In this document: positions 11,431 to 22,391 of the stretch, in pieces
How the letters are laid out: the number at the start of each line of letters is the position of its first letter
How positions within the stretch are numbered: position 1 is the first letter of the stretch
NCBI GenBank assembly: GCA_905178155.1
Contig: CAJINV010000001.1
Span: forward strand, 16,306,142 to 16,370,141
DNA from: Amoebophrya sp. A120
Taxonomy: Eukaryota > Protista > Dinoflagellata
Length of the DNA: 64,000 nt
Reading direction: 5' to 3'
Notes under the pieces: model-generated
Seen by the model: only the letters and a program-made list of their open reading frames with translations
Told to the model about the DNA's origin: nothing
Database searches by the model: none
Position numbers and translations under genes: made by a program

Positions 11431-12776
11431 ATGAAACTGCGAATTTTTCCGCGGTCCCGCCCCGGGCGGCTGAACTTCGCCATTTTCCAGTGGATCACCT
11501 ACATGCAACCATGGTTGATCACGCAAACGCATGCGTGCATCCCCTGGTGCAGCCTGAACCAGGTGCACAAGTTCTGGATGGATACCATGTGGATGAAGTC
11601 ACTGCTCATGGACAGCCCGGTATTTTGAATCGTGTTATTTCTTTCAACGTTAGCTTCTACATAACCTTCTCCTTCGGTCTACTCGCATTCTTTGTACGTA
11701 CTCACAGTAAACATCGATAAACTATGTGAACCTGTTGTAGAAGTGACAAAATACAGTAAAGTCACACTTGATCTCAAATCCATCTCGATTATTATCCCAG
11801 TTATTTTTATAAGCTGCGGGGGGCGGGGGTCCCCGGGGGTCTGCGGGGGTCTGCGGGGCTCGATTCATTCTAAAGGAGAAAAAAACAAAAGATNTTCTGC
11901 AAAAAAGTTCTCGAATGCAAAACGCGAATCAAAAAGGACCCCCGCAGACCCCCGCGCTGCGGAAACTGCCCCCCTTATAAAAAAGGCTGTTATCCATCGT
12001 GCGACAGAGCCTGAAGGGTGGTTCTGGTTCGTTTCGGATGGTGGAGAGTTTACAGCGGGACGCATTGAAGGCGATGATCAACGGGTTTATCGAGCGAAGC
12101 ATCGACCCCTACGACCCCGGCGACGGTTTTGCCACCATGTTCGTGTACGACATCAAGAACGACTACTCGAGTTACGACTGCTTTCTGATGGTGAACTGGG
12201 GCGAGAAGCGGAGCGGCCTCCGGATCGGTGACCTGCGCGCCAACGAGCTGGGCACCCACGGCTCGCTCGCCCGCGTGTGGAACTACCCCCCCGGCGAGGA
12301 AAACTGTCTCACCTGGGTCACGGACCTGAGCACCTTCAACACCGTGCAGGCCGCCGTGACCGCCGCAAACAATGTGCGAAACGACAACTGGGCCTTCTTT
12401 CGCAAAGTAGCCAGTTACACGAAAGCCGCAATCGGATCCGCTGCAGTCTTGACCATGTCATCCATCCCACTCGAGTATGTGTCTGTCCTTCTTCCTTTTT
12501 GCTCTGCATGCTACTTGTTTTCAGCGAAACATACTAAATTCGGTACAAACAAAATCCCAGTAGACAATCTTCGATGCTCCAAAATTGAATAATCCCAGAC
12601 GCGGTGTGAACTTACCGAGCTACGTGAAACTGGAGGTGGTGGACACGCGACTGATTCAGACCACCTTCAGCGGCAACGGACCTAGTGGAGCCTACCGCAT
12701 GATGGACAACCTTCCGGAGGACGAGCGAATTCTCATTTTGGAAGACATCGAGAAGCAAGAGCTCTGGGACGTATAG
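11431..12776 (+). CDS. conserved-looking hypothetical protein (3 exons), possibly mitochondrial
   Basis: Strong codon bias. Exon 11431-11619, GT-AG intron 11620-12007, exon from 12008, second intron (probably 12475-12598, GTATGT donor, phase 2), last exon ends 12776. Basic N-terminus. Function not recognised. Confidence 0.6.
11804..11983. mobile_element. MITE-like inverted-repeat element inside an intron
   Basis: TTTTTATAAG (11804-11813) / CTTATAAAAA (11974-11983) terminal inverted repeats, plus internal GGGGGTCTGCGGGGGTC / GACCCCCGCAGACCCCC inverted arms around an A-rich core that contains an N. Confidence 0.55.
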
Positions 12777-12944
12777 AAACTGTTTTCCGAATTAGTACAA
12801 AAATACTTACAAACACACGTGATGATTGCTTGTTGTCAACTCGAAACAGACCACTTAGGGTACTACTGAAGTCAAGATTAACTTTTCGTTGGAGCTCCAT
12901 ACAAAGCAAAAAACAATTACAAACAGAACGTCTGCTTTGGCGTG

Positions 12945-13707
12945 ATGTTCTCGGTTCTCACGGCGCTGATCGTGACGATCTGCCTGTTGGTGTTGTGCAA
13001 CGTGCTGCTCGTGGAAACAGTGTCGGGGAAACGAAAGCGCTACGACTACATCGACGATGAGTATGTCTGAACCGGATATTCATTGGACGTCTTTTCTTCT
13101 CTTTGGAAGAGGAGGTTGTTGGATTTTCACAATTTTTTACGCATATTAATTTCCATTTCAGTTTCTTTTTCAAAATTTTCATCACTGTTACTAGAGTTTT
13201 TGGATTTGTATACCATTTTTTGTGCAACATGGCAATGGCATAAATTAATTGTACAAAGCTTGAATGTTTCGGATTGCGTTTCTTGTGACTAACTAACTCA
13301 TTTACATTTTTCAGTTTCCATGAATAAACAGTATCTATGAATACCGATGATAGCATCAAAGATTACAAATACAGATGGTAGTGGTAGGTCCTTCAGTTTT
13401 GGCTGCTTCCAGTGTATGACGAACAAACATTTTGCTATTGCAACAGCATGTGGCACGTCCAAATTGTACAGTAGCAGCACGCTGCCAAATAAAACGACTT
13501 CATAATTCGTCGATCAGATGTTGCAATCAACACGATAGTTGCCCCGACTTGTTCGCCTTCACGGAGATGCTTCTACGATCACCCTGGTGGATCGATCCAA
13601 AATCGCAGAAGGACGCCCCGCAGAGGAAGTCAAGCTCAAGCTCAACAGAAACAGCATACAAGATTCATCGAAGCGGGATCAATTTTTCAAAACTGCTTCT
13701 TGCGTAG
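12945..13707 (+). CDS. small secreted/signal-anchored protein (2 exons)
   Basis: MFSVLTALIVTICLLVLCNVLL hydrophobic leader. GTATGT donor at 13061 (phase 2). AG acceptors at 13517 or 13538 give the same frame, which ends at 13707. Confidence 0.5.
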
Positions 13708-13921
13708 CCATCGAAAAACGAGGTTCTTCAAACATCACCTTCCCAAGGATTGATCACAGTGATCTGAGACTTTTGTAAAATCAATGAGGACAGCGACAGC
13801 CCTGTGTCAGTTTTTCTTAGTCGTCATTATCTCCGAACGATGAGTGTGATGAACCCGGCAAGATAGTGGCAGAAATAGGTTTGAAAATCTTCACAAAGAC
13901 AGCGCTACTAAAACCGAGACC

Positions 13922-16135
13922 ATGATTTCTGCCGGAGGGAAGATTAAATTCGTGACGTCCACATCGGAGCACCAAACCCTGGAGCCGACTGCGACAGTTG
14001 CGAGCAGCAGTACTTCTACCTTGGCGCCTGCAGCTGCAGGCGGAACTACAGCAGTAGCCTCGACTTCTTCGGCCTCCAATGGTTTATTGCGCATTTTGCT
14101 GGTGGGCTCCGTCCGCGGGAGGGTGCGGCAGTTGCACGGCATGCTGCAGAAGTTTAAAGACCCCTTCGACGTGTGCTTTTGTGTGGGCGAGTTTAGTAGC
14201 GAGGACATGGATATCGAGGGTGATTTGGAGTTCGACCGCACGCCCGTGTATTTCATTGACTGCGGCCCGGCGTGCCAAGCGCTGATCGACGAGGGCGACG
14301 AGGAGATCCTGCCGGGATTGTACTTCCTCGGGCACTCGGGCGTGACCGAGATCGAAGTGAAGAAGCAGAAGCTGAAGATCGCCTTTCTCAGCGGCCGCAG
14401 CATGATCCGCGAGGGACTGCTGAAGCACCAGGCTGCCGCTGAAGCTGCAGCAGTTGCTGACGGCGCGGCGGGCCACAACTCATCTTCTTCTAGCAGTGCA
14501 ACCAGTGCAGTTGTTGGGCCACCACTTACAGGCACGAATTCCTCGTCCAGCTCCACCGTGACGGGACTGGACCAGGTTGCGGCGTATTTCACAAGCGAGG
14601 ACTTGTTTATCGACGGGTGTTATTCGCAGTTGTGCGTCGAGCGGCTGCAGGAGGAGCTGGAACTGGAGACGCGTCCGCCCACCGTTATGACGGGGGGACG
14701 CCAGGAAGTCAAGCTTCCGGGCTCGCTGTCCGACAGCGCCGGACGCGGACTGGATTTCTTCCTCTGCGCCGAGGGCTGTTTTGGGCGAACGCTGCTGGAC
14801 AAGAACCGTCCCTTCATCGACCTGTTTCTGCCGAAGCGGGTTAGCGGCGTGGCCGCGCCGCTGCCCGGAGCCGCGCAGTCCAGAACTCCACTTGGTGAGT
14901 ACGAGGCTAGAACCACCTCCATATTACCGGGCGCGAATGCAAAAAAGGTGGGCCCCGCTGGGCCCTCCCGGCCACTGGTAATTCGTTCGATTGAGGACGT
15001 AAAGACGCGGCTCGCGGATATCCGGGAATTCGATCTGGTTGGCAACTTGGTTCAGCAGGCCGAGCCCCGATACTTCGTGTGCTCCAAACACGTCGCAGCA
15101 ATGAGTGCTGCGGCAGAAGACCAGGACGCGGTAGAAGACGACGCGGACGATGATGCGGACAAAAGCGACGACAGCGACGACCAATTTGCGGCACTCCCCA
15201 CTCTGCCTGAAGATGACGAACAGGTGGAGAACGACGACGGCCCCGGCAACGCGAAAATCGAACCAGCTGTCGCGGAAAAAAAAGCAGCGCCACAACCTGC
15301 CCTGGGATCATCCACCTCCGCAACAGGTTCCGCCACCAGCAAACCTTCCCCGGGCGCGCAACTGCAGCACGCGAATCCGGATGCGTACAAGTACCGGCCG
15401 CCGTGGCAGGCGGCGCAGCGCGCCATCGAGGTGAACACGGCGCAACTGGATGATCCCAGCCTGGTGAAGCTGTTGACCGAGTTGGCAGACACACAGAAAA
15501 ACACGGTCAGAGTCGGGTTCACGACGAAGCTGTTCGCGCTCGACGACGTAAAATTTGCCGGAGGGGACGAAGGCGCCGATGTTGGCGCAGCGGACCACGA
15601 AGCGGCAGGAACAACAAACGCGGCCGCGAGTAAGAAAGCGGCGGTGCCGACCAAAATTCTGAATCCCAGTTTCTCCATTCACGGGCTGAGCTTCACCGGA
15701 ACCGCGCACCTGGATTTGGAAAAGTTTGCCCGAGAGTTCTTCCACAACGCGACGCCGAACGCCTTCACGGGGCACGAAGTCCCCTTCAGCGAGGTGGAGA
15801 AGGCGCGCCGGCGACTCGAGCGGGACAAGCGCGAGCGGGAGCAAAAGTCGCTGGCAGAGTTCCGCGCCGCCCAGTACGCCGCGGGCGGCTTCGTAGCGCC
15901 CGAGGGGCAACTGGACAAGGAAGAAATGTACCGGTGGAAGAAGAAGTTTGGCATTACCAGCGACGATCTGGCGGCTGGGCACGAGTTCATCGACGCGAAA
16001 CGACGGAAGCTGGAAGAACCGAAGGAAAAGAAAGAGTATCGCAAGAGCCTCTACCATAACCAGCGGCCAGTGGACAAAAAGAAGGAGCATATGAAGCGGG
16101 AGAAACAAAACGCACGCAAGGAACGATTCAAATAA
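13922..16135 (+). CDS. CWF19L1/Drn1-like protein (N-terminal pseudo-metallophosphoesterase domain)
   Basis: RILLVGSVRG, PFDVCFCVGEF, TPVYFID, LYFLGHSGV, LKIAFLSG and EPRYF match the CWF19L1 N-domain pattern. Confidence 0.7.
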   Translation: MISAGGKIKFVTSTSEHQTLEPTATVASSSTSTLAPAAAGGTTAVASTSSASNGLLRILLVGSVRGRVRQLHGMLQKFKDPFDVCFCVGEFSSEDMDIEGDLEFDRTPVYFIDCGPACQALIDEGDEEILPGLYFLGHSGVTEIEVKKQKLKIAFLSGRSMIREGLLKHQAAAEAAAVADGAAGHNSSSSSSATSAVVGPPLTGTNSSSSSTVTGLDQVAAYFTSEDLFIDGCYSQLCVERLQEELELETRPPTVMTGGRQEVKLPGSLSDSAGRGLDFFLCAEGCFGRTLLDKNRPFIDLFLPKRVSGVAAPLPGAAQSRTPLGEYEARTTSILPGANAKKVGPAGPSRPLVIRSIEDVKTRLADIREFDLVGNLVQQAEPRYFVCSKHVAAMSAAAEDQDAVEDDADDDADKSDDSDDQFAALPTLPEDDEQVENDDGPGNAKIEPAVAEKKAAPQPALGSSTSATGSATSKPSPGAQLQHANPDAYKYRPPWQAAQRAIEVNTAQLDDPSLVKLLTELADTQKNTVRVGFTTKLFALDDVKFAGGDEGADVGAADHEAAGTTNAAASKKAAVPTKILNPSFSIHGLSFTGTAHLDLEKFAREFFHNATPNAFTGHEVPFSEVEKARRRLERDKREREQKSLAEFRAAQYAAGGFVAPEGQLDKEEMYRWKKKFGITSDDLAAGHEFIDAKRRKLEEPKEKKEYRKSLYHNQRPVDKKKEHMKREKQNARKERFK

Positions 16136-16459
16136 AATGAAGTTTATTCTATGCTTCAGGCTGCTTCTTGTTCATGAAGCGCGTCGTCCTCCTTCTGTGA
16201 GAATTTATGACGAAAAAAACCCTTTCGAACAAGTATGACCAGCACGAATCGTACCTACTACGACGACATTGTTTTTCAACAATCACTGTGAAAAAAACAA
16301 AAAACTACGAGGCGGCGCACTGCTTGACTTGGATCTTCAATATCGACAGAGTGTTCGTTCCTCCCGCAAAAGATATTTCCGTTGTAAGTGAAATCAGGCT
16401 AGGCACTAATCTCGCCAAAAGCAGCTGTATGTGACACTTTTCCGTGTCGCGTTCGCAGG

Positions 16460-18526
16460 ATGGTGGGATTCTCTTCTCTTGCTTTCGTTTTTGCAGCCTT
16501 TGCGTTTCCGTTTGCCGCGCTCAGTACAAGTACCCTTTCTGCCTCTGCAGCGGAGAACCTGGCAGAGTATCAGCTTGCCGCGGAATCGAGCAAAGCCATC
16601 GAGAGGCCACCACAGCTCTTCCGCAGGACCAGTGTCGCCCAATTAACAGACCGGGAGGCCACAGTCAGTGCCCTGGGATGGTTCCCCTTTGGCGGTCGGA
16701 CGCGCGCACAGAGGGAGCGACTTTATGATGCACTCTACCCCCGTAGAGAACCGGCGCAAGCAAACGTTGGACCTCGAACTACTTCGCCTGGCACGAAAAA
16801 GGATGAGAGTAGAACTAAACACCCCCAGGTAATAATAGTACGGAAGAATGATCCGCACTTGCCGCCGGTGGTCTTCGTTCATGGAATGATTGGTTCCGGC
16901 ATTATGGCCAATTTGTCCGATCGAAAGGAGCGGAAGCACTTTTTCTGTGCAAAAAACGGCGAGAACTACACCCTGTGGTTCGACCCGAAGCACAATTTGC
17001 TGCCTTTCGAATTCGATTGCTGGGCCGACAACCTGTCGTTGCACTGGAAAACACAATCCGGCAGCGCGGACCTGCGACTCGCCGACGAAGATCTGGGGCT
17101 CCACTCTTTCGTGCCGGAACGCTCTCGGCCCCTCGGTTTAGACGTCCCGCCCCTGTTGGCCGGCGGCATCGGGGCCTGGAACACGCTCTTGTGGGGCAAC
17201 CTGACGGAGAAACTGGGCTACGACAACCGCCAGGCCGGGGTGGTGGCCTACGACTGGCGCAAGGGACCCGAGGAATTCGCCGCCGATGGCACCTTCGTGC
17301 GGGTACAGCAGACCATTGAGTACTACTACAAGCATAACGAAAACACGAAGGTCGCGCTGTTGTCGATCTCGATGGGTTGCCCGTTTCTGCTCTGGTTCCT
17401 GCACTGGGTCGACCGCACGCGAGGGGAAGAGGAGGGGAAACGGTGGAAGGACACATATCTGGAGGTGTGGGTGTCCCTTAGTGGCGTGTTCGCGGGAGCG
17501 CCGGAAATGGTCAGCGAGGCCCTGATGCCCACGGACCGGGATGTGTACGGGATCACGACGAAAAAACCCTTTTCGCTCTACATCACCAAACAAAAAATCC
17601 GCGACATCGTTGGCACGTGGTCCGGGCCACTGGGCATGCTGCCACAGTCGCTGGATGACCGCGTGGTGCTGTGGGTCACATCGAAACAAAAAGAAGGTGA
17701 TGCGCAAAACATGACAACAAGCACGGGAGCTGCAGGAGCTTTCGCCATCGGCAACGACCACTCACTAGCGGGACCGGGAGGCAGCGACAGCCCTAAGATG
17801 CGCACTCAAGTACCAGGTTTTGCCCGCACCGAAGCGGGGCGCAGCACAAGCACTCCAGTCGCTGGTCTGAAAAATGAAGCGACCAAAGTGAAACAAACCG
17901 CCTCTCACGCAGCGCCGAAAGTAGTTCCTTATCGCGGTCGCGAGCTCCAGCGGGCTTTCGAGGACGCGGGGCGCCCGGTGTCCGCGCAGTTGTGGGCAAC
18001 GCACCAAGCGAAAAACTGGACCGACCTGGGTTCCCCGGGTGTTAATCTGGAATGCATGTACGGAGTTAATGTGCCGACGGAAATCGGATGGGTATACGGA
18101 CAAGGCTTCGGGAAGTCCCCCACAGAAGTTTTCATGGAAAACGAAACGCAGAGGGTGCTTTCTTCATCTACAGTCGGCACGACGGCGCGTGATCAGACTA
18201 TTCCAAGAACATCGACAACTCGGACCTACGCTTCCAGTCAGCATCATCCTCATCACTCGGAGGAAAACTTCGTAGCGGCGTCGGGCGATGGTGTCGTCAA
18301 TCTTTTGTCGCTCGACCACTGCCGCTACTTGTACCAGGAAAGCAGCAAGTACGTCAAGGTTACACAGTATGACGGCCTCTCCCACACGGATTTGGCCTGG
18401 GCTCCGGGTCCGTTCGACCGGATTATGCAGGTTCTGCAAAGCGCCGCAGAAAAGAACGCACAGATAACGAGCAATGTCGAGAAGACGGCAGCGGTGGCTG
18501 CTGAGAAGGCGATTATCTACATTTGA
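16460..18526 (+). CDS. secreted LCAT / group XV phospholipase A2 family acyltransferase
   Basis: Signal peptide, PVVFVHGMIGS, DCWADNL, YDWRKGP, nucleophile elbow SISMG, CMYGVNVPT, GDGVV and terminal His (LSHTD). Confidence 0.9.
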   Translation: MVGFSSLAFVFAAFAFPFAALSTSTLSASAAENLAEYQLAAESSKAIERPPQLFRRTSVAQLTDREATVSALGWFPFGGRTRAQRERLYDALYPRREPAQANVGPRTTSPGTKKDESRTKHPQVIIVRKNDPHLPPVVFVHGMIGSGIMANLSDRKERKHFFCAKNGENYTLWFDPKHNLLPFEFDCWADNLSLHWKTQSGSADLRLADEDLGLHSFVPERSRPLGLDVPPLLAGGIGAWNTLLWGNLTEKLGYDNRQAGVVAYDWRKGPEEFAADGTFVRVQQTIEYYYKHNENTKVALLSISMGCPFLLWFLHWVDRTRGEEEGKRWKDTYLEVWVSLSGVFAGAPEMVSEALMPTDRDVYGITTKKPFSLYITKQKIRDIVGTWSGPLGMLPQSLDDRVVLWVTSKQKEGDAQNMTTSTGAAGAFAIGNDHSLAGPGGSDSPKMRTQVPGFARTEAGRSTSTPVAGLKNEATKVKQTASHAAPKVVPYRGRELQRAFEDAGRPVSAQLWATHQAKNWTDLGSPGVNLECMYGVNVPTEIGWVYGQGFGKSPTEVFMENETQRVLSSSTVGTTARDQTIPRTSTTRTYASSQHHPHHSEENFVAASGDGVVNLLSLDHCRYLYQESSKYVKVTQYDGLSHTDLAWAPGPFDRIMQVLQSAAEKNAQITSNVEKTAAVAAEKAIIYI

Positions 18527-19104
18527 AATGTTTTAATTTCTCCCCGCAAAGATCATGAAGAAGTAGTTTACTTCTGAAGAACTGTAGACGAAACAGAAAG
18601 AGTCCCGGGACCGGTAGCAATTTTCTCAAGACAGGAATAGCAGTCCACCTTCAAGTTTCCTTCGGCACAAAGTACATTATTCAACATTTTGCTCTCAGTA
18701 AGACACAACAGGAGATAGATAAATATGAAACAAAACCGACCTATCGAAACCAAAAACGAACGCCCACCAGCAGATTCAGGATGAACTACAGTGGCGTCTG
18801 ATGTCACACGTTCGCAGATGCTTCTTTGGTTCCTGACTCGGTTGAAAACGCCAAAGCCAATACAGAACCGGCGCGCGGACAATCATGCCTTTCATGCAAG
18901 AACGGAGCCCACTTTGGTATCGGTACGCGTAAGTTCTCTCCACCCCTTGGCCCGCTTCTGTCGTGTCGTACTAAACAGAACAGATGTCGGCTCAATGTTG
19001 TCCTGTCCCTGCGATGCCTCGAACTCGAAGTGCGGCTGTGTTGATGTTGAAGAACATGAACGTGAACACGCATACAATAGAGCTACGGACTTACTTTAGT
19101 TTCC

Positions 19105-21363
19105 GTGCCAAACAAAATCAATGCTGTCACACTCGTTGCAGATAGACGAAATTTGGTCTTCCTCATCCTTCTTCACGTGATGCTTTTATTTTTGCGGAAG
19201 CGGGGACAAAATCAAAAAGGTGGCTCATTCTGCAACTTTTGTAGATTTTACTCTGTTTATGCACTATTTGAACTGCCTCTTTTGATGGTGCTCTTGGTTG
19301 CTCAGCGTGGCTCCTCGACAGCTTCCGAAATGTTTATCACCGCCGCGAACGTGCTGGGTGCCGATGACAGAAACGTCGCAGAGAAGAAACAGGACTTGCG
19401 CGATCTGTCCTATCCCGCGCCGAAGTTTTTTCCGTTCCACCCACACCGCCTGGTGATGGAGACCGTTCCGGGAACGTGCAACCTGTTTCTGCACAGGCAT
19501 CTGTGCGAAGAGTGGTCCGCCGGCAAGGCGTTTGAATTTGACCCGCACAACCGGGAAGCCATGGCCTCCGTGCTCCACGACTGCTTCTATCGGTTATATG
19601 AATCATCTCGCGCAGAAGCAGAAGCAGCCGGAGCAGGTGGAAGTACAGTGACAAGGTCTACTTCGTTGGCTCCTACTCCGTGTAGAGTGGTCGATGTGGG
19701 AAGCAATGTGGGAATGGCGACGGGTTTGGCTGCGAGCCTCGGAGCCCAGGTTCTGGCATTTGAGCCCCAAAGCGACCTGACCACCGCTCTGGAAAAAACC
19801 GTCGTCGTCAATCCCGGTTGGCAAGACCGCGTCCGCGTGTTCAGTGGGTTTGCGACTTTTGACCGAGAAAAGAAAGGCGTCGTGAAAAAGGTTCTCAAGA
19901 CGAGGCACGAGACAAAAGCGACAACTCTCCGCCAAGGAAATACCGATCCCTCAACGGCATCATCCAGTCGAAGTGCGGGCACTCGCAGCGGGTCAAAATC
20001 GGATCCCATTCCTCAGTTTTCGACCGGGCAGCAGTACCGTCTGGGAGACGGAGACAACTTCGGTCTTTTCCGCGCACGAGCGGAAAATGTCACGTTTCGC
20101 GTCCTCCAGGAGGATATCCCGTGGGGTTTCGCAAGCTTGAGCGCGAAGCACAAAAATAAACCAACATTTGTTCCCAACCAGACGAGTGATCAGGCAAAGC
20201 TGTCTGAAGCGACCCCACAAACTGTAGACCCGCAAGAACCTCCGCCAGGCCGCGACGTGGAAGACGAAGTCGTTCCGAAAGAAAACTCTACTACCAAGAA
20301 ACCTCCGGTTTTGGCGCTGGATTTGGTGAAGATTGATACCGACACGGTGGACGGGGAGCTTTTGCGCGGCTTCCTGGCGTACCAGAAGCGTGCCCTCTGG
20401 CGCGTAAAGAACTGGCTGTTCGAGGGTACCGGTGTCACCCCGGAGATCCTGTACGACTTTCTGCAAGCGCAGGACCTCCCGAAAGACCAACCGCCAGCCG
20501 CGACGGGCGACCACCAGGTGCATGATGGGCAGACTAGTACTAGAATTGGTACAACTGCTGGTAGAAGCGTGCAGCCCCGCCGGGCGTACTACACGATCTA
20601 CCGTCTGAACATGCACAACGGGTTCCGCTTCTTCAACGCCTCCGGCCACGACGTGCTGTCCGAATTTCGCCCCCTTCCCCCGAGCTCCGAGGTGGACCAG
20701 TGGGGCCGCGAGGTTTTTTCACAGCGGCTCATCAAAAACGCGATCCGGGTCAAGGATCTTGCGGAGCTCGAAGCCTCGTGCGCAGAACGAGAGCACGGAG
20801 GAGCCGACCAACGGCAGCAGGCGGGAACAAAACAGAACTTGCAAGATCAACAGCAGACAATGGGTCGCGAAGACGAGGAGGCTAGAAGTGGTGCAGCCGG
20901 GCGGACGATCGTTAAAGCGTGTGTCCTCGAGCTGCTGGCCGGCGCCTCGTGGCCTCGACGGGACATCGCCGCGTTGACGCACTTCTTTGTAACCACCGAA
21001 GAATTCGAGGAGGCGCCGGTGATGCGGTGGGTGCACACCGGTCCGTGGTGGCCCACCGAAGAGCCCGGGTCAGCCCGGTCCCGGAATCGGTACGCGTACC
21101 CGCACCCGAAGCTCTGGGAACCAGCCGCATACGAAAAGGTGTACAAGCAGAGGAAAAACGACCCAGCTTCCCCAGAAGTAGATTTTTACTCGCATTCGCG
21201 GCCAAAGCGCGACGCCGGGTTTCTCCTTGGCGACCAACTGGTTGTAGCCACACCGGTGCGCGTCAACGGTACGATGCGGGAGCACTATCGCGGAGCGCTG
21301 CGCCGCCGGACAAGGAGCGCAGCAATTCATACGGCTCGCAAAAATGTTCATCGGATGCACTAG
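19105..21363 (+). CDS. FkbM-family SAM-dependent methyltransferase (membrane-anchored); start uncertain
   Basis: VVDVGSNVG, VLAFEPQ and LDLVKIDTD motifs, with a hydrophobic N-terminus. Confidence 0.75.
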   Translation: MPNKINAVTLVADRRNLVFLILLHVMLLFLRKRGQNQKGGSFCNFCRFYSVYALFELPLLMVLLVAQRGSSTASEMFITAANVLGADDRNVAEKKQDLRDLSYPAPKFFPFHPHRLVMETVPGTCNLFLHRHLCEEWSAGKAFEFDPHNREAMASVLHDCFYRLYESSRAEAEAAGAGGSTVTRSTSLAPTPCRVVDVGSNVGMATGLAASLGAQVLAFEPQSDLTTALEKTVVVNPGWQDRVRVFSGFATFDREKKGVVKKVLKTRHETKATTLRQGNTDPSTASSSRSAGTRSGSKSDPIPQFSTGQQYRLGDGDNFGLFRARAENVTFRVLQEDIPWGFASLSAKHKNKPTFVPNQTSDQAKLSEATPQTVDPQEPPPGRDVEDEVVPKENSTTKKPPVLALDLVKIDTDTVDGELLRGFLAYQKRALWRVKNWLFEGTGVTPEILYDFLQAQDLPKDQPPAATGDHQVHDGQTSTRIGTTAGRSVQPRRAYYTIYRLNMHNGFRFFNASGHDVLSEFRPLPPSSEVDQWGREVFSQRLIKNAIRVKDLAELEASCAEREHGGADQRQQAGTKQNLQDQQQTMGREDEEARSGAAGRTIVKACVLELLAGASWPRRDIAALTHFFVTTEEFEEAPVMRWVHTGPWWPTEEPGSARSRNRYAYPHPKLWEPAAYEKVYKQRKNDPASPEVDFYSHSRPKRDAGFLLGDQLVVATPVRVNGTMREHYRGALRRRTRSAAIHTARKNVHRMH

Positions 21364-22391
21364 AAGGATGTACTTAGAAGTCTGTTAATGCGCGATGAAT
21401 AGGATACACTTAATTTGTTCTCCATGCAGGCCCGCCGCCTGCAGTCCTATTGCCTTTGTACTCGTCGACCTTGCGTAGAAGAAAAATTCATTGTGTGAGG
21501 AAACTTTATTCTGCTGTTGGAGTACGTACAGACATGTAGCTGGCCGATAGAAGACCGATGAGCAACGACATTCGGAACCACAGAGCCAAATTAGCAAAGA
21601 AGCCTCGAAAGTGAACGGTTCGATTGTCGTTATCAAATTGTCGGAGCTGATCAACTAAATCTAAATCGAAATGTTTGCGTCAGAGATGTTCGAAAGAGCA
21701 AGAACCGAAGCCCTGCTGAGAAAATAAATCATTTTTTTTTTTCGAGTTTCTTTGTTCCGGTAAAAACACGAATACCGAAATATTCCTGAGCAGCTCGTGA
21801 GCATAGATAACAGATCTGAAATGCTATGCAAAATGAAAGACGGGTAGAACTAGAACCACGACCTATTGTCTTGACGTGAGCGAAGAAAGGCATTGATTTC
21901 GGTCATACCGTACTCATCCAAATGTCGTACAAGTTGAAAAAGTACGCTCGTTGAAACACTACGTACACACGTAACGACAAAAGAAGAAAAATCGACTCGT
22001 CGACATGGATCCGTACGAAATTTTGGAAGTCCCAATTATAGACGCAAAATTCATTTTCCATGAACATACAAATTCATTTACTAAAGAGAAAAACTTACGA
22101 CCTGTCATTCAATATTTCCACCAGGCTACCCAGCACGAAGAACGGACCCATGATATAGATTCCCCATAGACAGAAAAATGAAAATCTCATTCGCCCGAGA
22201 AAGAAGTGCAGTTCATAATATTCTTGCGGTCATGATGTTGTCGATAGAGTTGCAAATTTCATCTTCCATAGCGTTTTTTTGGTTTCGTCTTGCTTGACGC
22301 GGTCAGCAGGACAAAGTACAGACTTGACTCACAACTAGATTTCGATTTTGATGCACAAAGAAAACTTACATGTCCTTCTCCTTCGCACCAG

